The notes beneath the pieces are model-generated. The model searched no databases. It was not told the DNA's origin and saw nothing but the letters and a program-made list of their open reading frames with translations. 64,000 nt of DNA, taken from assembly GCA_044376405.1 (NCBI GenBank), contig JBILKZ010000004.1, positions 1,953 to 65,952 of the forward strand, in the 5' to 3' direction. The DNA comes from Pirellulales bacterium. Its GTDB lineage: Bacteria > Planctomycetota > Planctomycetia > Pirellulales > UBA1268. A program made the position numbers and the translations under genes. Positions 40,501 through 47,296 of this stretch are shown one piece after another (position 1 is the stretch's first letter; each line of letters starts with the position of its first letter).

Positions 40501-40939
40501 ACACGCCACGATCATCAGCCGCCGCGACGGGTGGAAGCCCGGCAAGAGAAAGAATCCAACCAAGAAGGAGCCCACCCCGGGCCTCATGGATGCGTGGCAG
40601 TCGCGGATCGTCCGTCTTGGGGATGAACTCGCCACCCAGCCGGCCGCCGCCACCCGGGTTCGCGACATCGTCTCACTTGCCCATCAGGCGATGCTGGCGG
40701 CCCGGCCGACGTTTGGAAAGCTCGCCACCTGCGCCCCGGACAGTCGCGTGCGGGAGTTCAAGGCGTACGTGGGCGAGGATTTCTATCCGCGCACCTCCGA
40801 GTCGATCATGTTCGGCGTCAGCCCCATGTTCGACGAGGTGTTTGGGCAGCATCCCGAGCGGATGGCGTTTCTCGATGCCTTCCGACAGCTGCTTCAGCCG
40901 GCGTACGTCAGCGTCGCCGTGGGGTATCGACTCGCATGA
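37502..40939 (+). CDS. recC: exodeoxyribonuclease V gamma subunit
   Basis: 1145 aa. The N-terminus LQIHSVDRL...RIVVPTAGAKAWLYAELAKRLG...GIIANIEISFPGS is collinear with E. coli RecC (YHSNRL...VQSTGMAQWL...GIAANIDFPLP). Its size matches RecC. Confidence 0.88.
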   Translation: MPLQIHSVDRLADVIEPAVDFLSRDADLFARQRIVVPTAGAKAWLYAELAKRLGASGEKAGDGIIANIEISFPGSITALLQPSRGKTPDAWSLDRLTFAVLGVITSRTDLQLPFASDAEPLLAARRLAALFDNYHVRRSGMILRWEQGDPVVSPTAADVVRDGERETPGLDAADHWQFDLWRAVRQHIGTPSPPARMSLAHQASHEPLLVAGLQSLSLYQWQCLEQLGSACDVRVLLVHPSPGLRARWTQTLPQPSQDRLPLRRSPEPEFLDGVDQLLPVWLAGAKELQHLLASQGVGIDEPPAAAPETIPDTLLGRMQQTTATGGEAVARHHDPATDRSIAIHRCHSLSRQAEVLHDAILQAFQDIEGLAPHEVVIVSPCLEKAAPHLEAVFQRTVPGRGSDDIQRKIRLPLVVADRGIREVSEAADLLVDLLSLPGSRCSVDDVLGVAGHPLVRAHFDANDDTESLWADLTTRTQVRWGLDEGHRARRGLELATFADLHTWQLGLEGMLLGATLPDALPRPELGGVVPLAGLDPADIPAIATLVRIIDVIRALEAVTAASRSVAEWCDAIEAALVGLCGDECGELTEPLAQLRRLREAAAGTAAESTPVPFDDVRQMLAAWFEETPGRQPLRTGAITATSMVPLRGVPFKVVCVIGYDDGAVGVSEAEGEDLVGRQQLVGDVDPRTDERRALLDCLLAAQNRLVITCNGRSIKNNQPLPLVTPLAELVDFAVRHGVDRKKLDDASGIEIGHPRHHLSHRNFEMGGVQKGVIWSHDANAATVSQALGATVGRTDHPSTTTDARPAAPATALPPDGTGEHEPLVVELSLLERMVADPLKLYLEETLGIDTWRTDEQATPATFSLTLEKREVRALTLELLHALLADAGAATAWIESVRQSGRLPFGPHGDRQLDEIVQLAHGLCAGLAAMNLGLAAIVTRPINGIDLGGCRLVGHLGDVHPTSRQLVIVTAREADKDSSGRPLHRAALQLLVAQAAGLDVTHATIISRRDGWKPGKRKNPTKKEPTPGLMDAWQSRIVRLGDELATQPAAATRVRDIVSLAHQAMLAARPTFGKLATCAPDSRVREFKAYVGEDFYPRTSESIMFGVSPMFDEVFGQHPERMAFLDAFRQLLQPAYVSVAVGYRLA

Positions 40940-43900
40940 CCCAACCCTTCCTTCTCACCGACGACCCGCTCCCCAACGGCACCCTCATCGAGGCGAGCGC
41001 CGGCACGGGGAAGACCTACTCTGTCGCGGCGATCGTGACGCAGGCGATCGCCATCGACGAGGACCTGCGGATCGGGTCTGTCCTTGTCACCACCTACACC
41101 CGCAACGCGGCGGCTGAACTGAAGAACCGCATCCGCGGACGGATGGTGGCGACGGCCCTGCTGCTCCGTGGCAAGGATGCCCCCGGCCACACCCCCGACG
41201 CACTCGACGCCAAATTATTCCTCGACGAGGCCGACAGACCCGCGAAGGCCCGCCGGCTCGAGCGGGCGGTTGCCGAATTCGACACCGCCGCGATCGGCAC
41301 GATCCATGCGATCTGCGCGCGAGTGCTGCGGCTGGCCGGCATCGCGGCTGCCGATACGGGTGAGGAGGAACTCCGCGATCGCGTGGTCGAGGAGGTGGTC
41401 AACGACGCGGTCGTTGTGGAAGCCGCCGGCAGGGCTGGCATCGCCCCGACGGCGCCGCGGCCGCGACTGTGGGACGAGAAATCGTTGCGGGAACTGGTGA
41501 TCCAGCGGCTCGGCGATCCGTTCCTCAAGTCCTGGTTCGACGAGGCCGGCTGCACGGCCGACGAGAAGGAACTGCTGACCGCCGCAGTCGCGCTCGTGGA
41601 GGACTGCGTCAGGCGTGTGCAGGAGCGGATGCGGGCAACGCCCAGCTTCGACGACCTGCTGCGGCGCGCCTGGGAAGAGGTGAAGAAGGAAGGGGCAACG
41701 TCGTTCCGCGAACAGCTTCGCCAGAAGTATCAGCTGGCGATCGTGGACGAGGCACAGGACACGAGCCGCCTTCAGTGGGAGTTTCTCCACGAGATATTTC
41801 CACCAAGCGGTTCGAGACCGCTCCTCGCCGTGGGCGACCCGAAGCAGGCGATCTACGGATTCCGCGGTGCCGACGTGAACGCCTATCTGCGATTCTCACA
41901 GCGCGGCGTGGCCGCCAACGGCGCGGGCCTGCCCCGGCGGACGCTGACCGAGAACCATCGCTCCGATGGAGATCTGCTCGCGGGGCTCAACACGGCCATG
42001 CAGTCCGCCGAGTTCGGGCCCGGCATCATCTACCAGCATGTCGACGCCGCTAAGGGCCGCGAAGGCCGGCGCATCGTCGGCCTGCGGCCGGTCGAGTTCC
42101 TCGACGTCGGCGAGACGCCGATGCCGTCGGCTGCTGTGCGCAAGGTCCACGAGTTGGTGACGGATAGGCGGTTCGATCCGACGAACCCGCGCCCGATCAG
42201 GCCTGGCGAGATCTGCGTTTTGGTGCGGGCCAACGCCGTCGGCAGGGAGATCGAAAAACAGCTCGTCTCACTGCGCATTCCCGCGGTGAGCAGTGGCACT
42301 GCCAGCGTGATGCACGGCCAGATGGCGGATGATGTCCGGATCATGCTCGAGGCGATGGAGCGGCCGAGCGACCTCGGCCGGACCAGGCGGGCGGCCGCGA
42401 CCGCATTTTTCGGCAAGAGCCTCGCGGATGTGGGCACCCTCGGGGAGTCCACCGAGCAGGCGATCCAGGAGAAGATTGCCTCGCTGCATGCGACCCTGCA
42501 GCGCAGGGGGATCGCGGCGCTCGCGGCCGACATCATGGCCGACACGGCCATGGCGGGCAGGCTTGCCACGGGCATGGGGGGCGAGCGGCGGATCGTCGAT
42601 TTCGCCCATGTGGTCGAACTGCTCCACGACGCCAGTGGCGGCGCCGGCGGCCATGCCCGGGTGATGCTCGAGCGGTTCACCGACCTGGCGGCGAAGGACG
42701 AAAAAGGTGAGCTCGTGAGCCGCCGGGTCGAAAGCGACAAGGATGCCGTCACGATCATGTCGGTGCATGGCGCCAAGGGGCTCGAGTTTCCCTGCGTGGT
42801 CGTCGTCGACGCCTGGAAGCCGAAGGAGCTGTCACGCTTCCAGAAGCCGGCCATCTTCTACGCGGGCGACGAGCGGCGGCTCGATGTTGGCCACGCCGTC
42901 GCCGACATCAAAACGGCAACGGCGTCGAAGCAGGCCGCGCTCGCCGCCGAGAACGAGGAACTCCGCCGCCTGATCTACGTGGCCGTGACGCGGCCGAAGC
43001 ACCACATCAGCATTCTCCGTCCCGGTGAGTGGAACGACACGTTGCTCGCCGCCGTCATGCCCGGCGCTCCCGAAACGCCGGGGGCTGGCGATGCGCAGGA
43101 TGCGCGGCGCACGGAGCCGGTCCTGCGGATGATCGCAAGCTTGCCGGAGGCCCGCGAGTGGACGTCGGCGGAGCCCACATCATCCACGACGGCAGGCGGC
43201 CTGGCCCCCATGCCCGTGAAAGTCGAGCAGACCTATCGGCGGACATCGTTCAGCGGCATCACGGCAGAAGCGGCCCGCGTTGCCGGCAACGAACACTCCC
43301 CCCTGGGCCGTGGCCACGACGAGGAGGTTTCGGGCACGGCAGCCGCTGGCGGCGAATCGGCTGCTCTGGAGGGTCCGCCCGGCGGACCGGCGGCTCAGTC
43401 CACCGGGGTCCCGGAAGCGGCTCGTGCTGCCGTCGACTCGTTCATGATCGCCGATCTGCCGGCGGGAACGGCCTTCGGCAGTGCGGTCCACGAGATCTTC
43501 GAGCGGATCGAGGTCGTGCCGGGCTCCGATGCCGCCACGCTAGACATGTCGATCCGCGGTGTCGTCGGCGACGTGGCGACGTCGCGGTCCCTGCGACCAC
43601 ATCACGCCGCTCTGGCCGACATGCTCGCGACGGCCATGCAGACTCCGTTCGGTGGTCCGGCTGGCATCCCCTTCCGCGACCTGAGATTCGCCGACTTCGG
43701 GGCCACCGACAGGCTTTCGGAAATGGACTTCGAGATGACGCTGGCGGGATTCGACAAGGGGGTCGTGGCCAGTGATGTCGGCCGGGTGCTGAAGCACTGT
43801 CTGGCCTCCGGCGACCCGCTCGCTGCCTACGCCGAAGTCCTCGCCGGAAAAACCTTCAATGTGCCGTTGGCTGGTCTGATCAATGGCTCGATCGATGCCG

Positions 43901-44310
43901 TGCTCCGCCTGCCGGGCCGGCCCGCGGACGACCCGCGTCTGGTCATCGCCGACTACAAGACCAACAAACTGCACGGTCGCGACGACGCTCAACCGCTCGC
44001 GGCCTACGCCCCGGAGAAACTCGTCGCGGCGATGGCCGAACACCACTACCCGTTGCAGGCGTTGGTCTACGGCACCGCCATTTATAGGATGCTCCGCTGG
44101 CGGCTCGGACGCCGGAAGTCCGCAGACTGGGATCCAGGCGAATGCATCGTCGGAGTGGTGTATGGCTTCATTCGCGGAATGAAGGGCCCCGACACGCCGG
44201 TTGATCCCGCGGGCCACCGCTACGGCGTATTCGCCTGGCAGCCGCCCGTGGCCGTATGGAGCCGGCTCAGCCATCTTTTCAACGGTGATCGGGAGGGAGT
44301 GCGGGCATGA
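40936..44310 (+). CDS. recB: exodeoxyribonuclease V beta subunit (UvrD-type helicase plus PD-(D/E)XK nuclease)
   Basis: LIEASAGTGKTYSV Walker A, IVDEAQDTS, and the C-terminal nuclease motif GSIDAV...LVIADYKTNKL. The ATGA overlap with recC is at 40936-40939. Confidence 0.92.
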   Translation: MTQPFLLTDDPLPNGTLIEASAGTGKTYSVAAIVTQAIAIDEDLRIGSVLVTTYTRNAAAELKNRIRGRMVATALLLRGKDAPGHTPDALDAKLFLDEADRPAKARRLERAVAEFDTAAIGTIHAICARVLRLAGIAAADTGEEELRDRVVEEVVNDAVVVEAAGRAGIAPTAPRPRLWDEKSLRELVIQRLGDPFLKSWFDEAGCTADEKELLTAAVALVEDCVRRVQERMRATPSFDDLLRRAWEEVKKEGATSFREQLRQKYQLAIVDEAQDTSRLQWEFLHEIFPPSGSRPLLAVGDPKQAIYGFRGADVNAYLRFSQRGVAANGAGLPRRTLTENHRSDGDLLAGLNTAMQSAEFGPGIIYQHVDAAKGREGRRIVGLRPVEFLDVGETPMPSAAVRKVHELVTDRRFDPTNPRPIRPGEICVLVRANAVGREIEKQLVSLRIPAVSSGTASVMHGQMADDVRIMLEAMERPSDLGRTRRAAATAFFGKSLADVGTLGESTEQAIQEKIASLHATLQRRGIAALAADIMADTAMAGRLATGMGGERRIVDFAHVVELLHDASGGAGGHARVMLERFTDLAAKDEKGELVSRRVESDKDAVTIMSVHGAKGLEFPCVVVVDAWKPKELSRFQKPAIFYAGDERRLDVGHAVADIKTATASKQAALAAENEELRRLIYVAVTRPKHHISILRPGEWNDTLLAAVMPGAPETPGAGDAQDARRTEPVLRMIASLPEAREWTSAEPTSSTTAGGLAPMPVKVEQTYRRTSFSGITAEAARVAGNEHSPLGRGHDEEVSGTAAAGGESAALEGPPGGPAAQSTGVPEAARAAVDSFMIADLPAGTAFGSAVHEIFERIEVVPGSDAATLDMSIRGVVGDVATSRSLRPHHAALADMLATAMQTPFGGPAGIPFRDLRFADFGATDRLSEMDFEMTLAGFDKGVVASDVGRVLKHCLASGDPLAAYAEVLAGKTFNVPLAGLINGSIDAVLRLPGRPADDPRLVIADYKTNKLHGRDDAQPLAAYAPEKLVAAMAEHHYPLQALVYGTAIYRMLRWRLGRRKSADWDPGECIVGVVYGFIRGMKGPDTPVDPAGHRYGVFAWQPPVAVWSRLSHLFNGDREGVRA

Positions 44311-46103
44311 CGACACCATTGTCGGTCGTATCTGCTGCCACGGTGCCTGTGGAACTCGAGGCCTCCATCGCCGCCGGGGCGATTTCGGCCAATGACGTCG
44401 CCGCTGCGTCACTGCTCGTCGCAATCGGACGGCGGGCGGGCGGCTGCGATCCCGACCTGCTCGCCTGGGTGGCGATGTGTCTTGCCCTGCGGGCGCCCCG
44501 CGACGGCCACACCTGCGTCGATCTGAGCCGGATCACTGACTGGGCGGGAGAAAGCGACCTTGCCCGGGCCGATCGACAGCGGGAGCATCATCTCGGCTGG
44601 CCCAGCGACGCCGACTCCTGGAGGCGTGCCCTGACGACGGCGGGGCCGCTCGTCGGCAGGCCAGGCGACCGCAGCCCGTTCATTCTTGACGACACCGACC
44701 CGGCCGCATGCCGTCTGTACCTTGCCCGATCGTTGCACGAGGAGCAGGAGATCGCCCGACGGATCACAGGAGGCGGCTCGGCTGGGGTGCAGATTCTGCT
44801 CGGCGGCCCGGGCACGGGAAAGACGACGGAGGTGGCGAAGCGGCTCATCGATCGGCTGCTTGTCGATCCCGACACACGGATCGCCCTGGCAGCCCCGACG
44901 GGGAAAGCCGCAGCGAGAATGGCCGAGGCCCTCCGCAGCCGCCTGCACGACCCGCGCGCCCCCGATGCGATTCGCAACGCGCCGCAGATCGTCCGCGACA
45001 AGGTCGACGCCATCCGTCCGGTGACGATCCACAAGCTGCTCGGCAACCGCCCACGAGGCACCCCTCGCTATCGCTTTCATGCCACGAACCCGCTGACGTA
45101 CGATCTCGTCGTCGTCGACGAGGCGTCGATGCTTTCGAGTTCGCTGATGCATCACCTGCTTGCCGCCCTCGGCGACGGAACGAAGCTCCTGCTCGTCGGT
45201 GATCCGAACCAACTGGCGAGCGTGGACGCGGGGTCGGTGCTGGCCGACATCGCGGCGGCGGCGGCTGCAGCGAAGGGCTCGCCGTTGTCGGAGGTCACGC
45301 AGACCCTCACCGTGCGGCACCGATTCGGTATCCGCATCGGGGCCCTCGCCGACGCGATCCTCACCGGGGGCTCAGCGGGCGTGGCCCGCGCATTCGACTT
45401 GCTCGAGGGCCGCTGGGCGCCGCCGCCCGATCCAAACCGCACCACGCCCGAAGACACGGCATCGATCCGCTGGGTCGAACCGCATGGAGCCGCGTTTCAA
45501 GAGGTCATCGACGAGGTGGTGGCCCATGCCCAGCGGCTTCGACACCTCTGCGAATCGGATGACGCGACGGCGGCTCTCGAAGCCCAGAAAGCCATCCAGG
45601 TGCTCTGCGCCCACCGGACGGGAAGGTTGGGGGCGGCGGGCTGGAACGCCGTCGTGGAGAGGCGGCTCGGCGTGATCGGCGGCCCACCTTGGTACGTCGG
45701 CAGGCCGGTGATGGTCACGCGGAACAACCGGGCGATCGACCTGTTCAATGGGGATGTCGGTCTCGTGGTTCCAGACCCCGGCGGCAACCGGTGCGACGCG
45801 GTGTTTCAGCAGGGCCGGGAGCCACGGCGGATTCCGGTCTCGCGGCTCGAGGACGTGGCAACGGTGCATGCGATCACGATCCACAAGAGTCAGGGCTCGG
45901 AGTACGATCATGCGATTGTGGTGCTTCCCGAGGGAGCGAGCAGGATCGTCACCCGCGAACTGCTCTACACGGGGATCACCCGGGCGGCGAAGAAGGTGAC
46001 GCTGATTGGCTCGCGCGAGGTGATCGAGGCCGCCATCAACCGCCCCATCCGCCGCGCGAGCGGGCTCGAGTATCGCTTGAGCGGGCAAGGAGCGACCCCA
46101 TGA
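44307..46103 (+). CDS. recD: exodeoxyribonuclease V alpha subunit
   Basis: LLGGPGTGKTTEV Walker A, VVVDEASML, AITIHKSQGSEYD (SF1B helicase motifs). The ATGA overlap with recB is at 44307-44310, with GGGAGGGAG upstream. Confidence 0.92.
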   Translation: MTTPLSVVSAATVPVELEASIAAGAISANDVAAASLLVAIGRRAGGCDPDLLAWVAMCLALRAPRDGHTCVDLSRITDWAGESDLARADRQREHHLGWPSDADSWRRALTTAGPLVGRPGDRSPFILDDTDPAACRLYLARSLHEEQEIARRITGGGSAGVQILLGGPGTGKTTEVAKRLIDRLLVDPDTRIALAAPTGKAAARMAEALRSRLHDPRAPDAIRNAPQIVRDKVDAIRPVTIHKLLGNRPRGTPRYRFHATNPLTYDLVVVDEASMLSSSLMHHLLAALGDGTKLLLVGDPNQLASVDAGSVLADIAAAAAAAKGSPLSEVTQTLTVRHRFGIRIGALADAILTGGSAGVARAFDLLEGRWAPPPDPNRTTPEDTASIRWVEPHGAAFQEVIDEVVAHAQRLRHLCESDDATAALEAQKAIQVLCAHRTGRLGAAGWNAVVERRLGVIGGPPWYVGRPVMVTRNNRAIDLFNGDVGLVVPDPGGNRCDAVFQQGREPRRIPVSRLEDVATVHAITIHKSQGSEYDHAIVVLPEGASRIVTRELLYTGITRAAKKVTLIGSREVIEAAINRPIRRASGLEYRLSGQGATP

Positions 46104-47296
46104 TCACATTCATTCACACCGCCGACTGGCAGCTCGGCAAGCCATTTGCCGGCATCGCCGACCCTGCCAAGCGAGGCCGCGTCCAGCAGGAGCGGATCGA
46201 CGCCCTGCGCCGCATTCGGGATGTCGTTCGCATCCGCCAGGCACGATTCGTCGTGGTCGCCGGTGACCTCTTCGACTCGCCCACGCCCACCAAGACGACC
46301 GTGGCCCAGTCCCTCGGCGTCATCGCGGAGTGCGGTGTGCCGGTCTATGCGATCCCTGGCAACCACGACCACGGCGGACTCGATGGCCTGTGGGACCAGC
46401 CCTTTTTTAAGCACGAGCACGCGACCCGCGCACCAAATTTTCACCTGCTCCTCGAGCGGAAGCCGGTCATGATCGAGGGGGCAGTGATCTTGCCCTGCCC
46501 TCTCCTGCGGCGGCACGAGAGCGACGACCCCACCGCGTGGATTCGCGGTATCGACTTCACATCGCTGGGGACGACGCCGCGGATCGTGCTGGCCCACGGC
46601 AGTACGACGGCGTTTGCAGGACAGGCCGACGGAGAGGACGTCGCTGGTCCCGTGAACACGATCGCCATCGATCGCCTACCGTTGGCCGAGATTGACTACG
46701 TCGCCCTCGGCGACTGGCACGGCTTTACGGCAGCGGGCCCGAAGGCCTGGTACTCCGGCAGCCACGAGACCGACCGGTTCCCAAAGAAGGACCAATTGCC
46801 GGGCCGCGTCGCCTGCGTGACAGTTTCCAGGGGCTCTGATCCGGTGGTCGAGCCGATCGTCACCGGCCGGCTGCAGTGGCTCGCCCGCGTGCTCGACATG
46901 ACCGCCGACGGCCCACGGCAGTGCGAGACGAATCTCGCCGAGGCCACACGGGATGCCGGATTTGACGCGTGTCTCGTCGACCTTTCGCTCCGCGGCAGTG
47001 TGTCGCTCGGGGACCGCCGCGAGCTCGATCAGGTGCTTGAGTCGTGGTCACACCGCCTGCTCCGTCTTGACATCGCCGACGCTGTGATGCTGGCCCCCTC
47101 CCCCGACGAAATTCACGCCCTGGCCAGCCGGCCGGGCGATCCGATCATCTCACGCGTCGCGGGCGAACTCGCCCGGCGACTCGACGCCGAAGGTACCGAT
47201 GCCGCCGATGTCCGCCAGGCCATCAACATCCTGCACGCCCTTTGCGCCATAGCCCCGACTCGTGCCCCAATCAGGGCTCCGGAGACACGCGCATGA
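46100..47296 (+). CDS. SbcD/Mre11-like calcineurin-fold phosphoesterase (variant motifs)
   Basis: Track ORF trimmed to the ATG at 46100 (ATGA overlap with the recD stop). MITFIHTADWQLG, VVAGDLFD, IPGNHDHGG, VLAHGS, YVALGDWHG. About 398 aa, similar in length to SbcD. Confidence 0.85.
   Translation: MITFIHTADWQLGKPFAGIADPAKRGRVQQERIDALRRIRDVVRIRQARFVVVAGDLFDSPTPTKTTVAQSLGVIAECGVPVYAIPGNHDHGGLDGLWDQPFFKHEHATRAPNFHLLLERKPVMIEGAVILPCPLLRRHESDDPTAWIRGIDFTSLGTTPRIVLAHGSTTAFAGQADGEDVAGPVNTIAIDRLPLAEIDYVALGDWHGFTAAGPKAWYSGSHETDRFPKKDQLPGRVACVTVSRGSDPVVEPIVTGRLQWLARVLDMTADGPRQCETNLAEATRDAGFDACLVDLSLRGSVSLGDRRELDQVLESWSHRLLRLDIADAVMLAPSPDEIHALASRPGDPIISRVAGELARRLDAEGTDAADVRQAINILHALCAIAPTRAPIRAPETRA

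Noticed and set aside
36818-40504. Long minus-strand ORFs 36818-38371 and 38381-40504
   Set aside because: They lie antisense to recC and the zinc-ribbon gene and have a low-complexity Arg/Pro/Gly composition.
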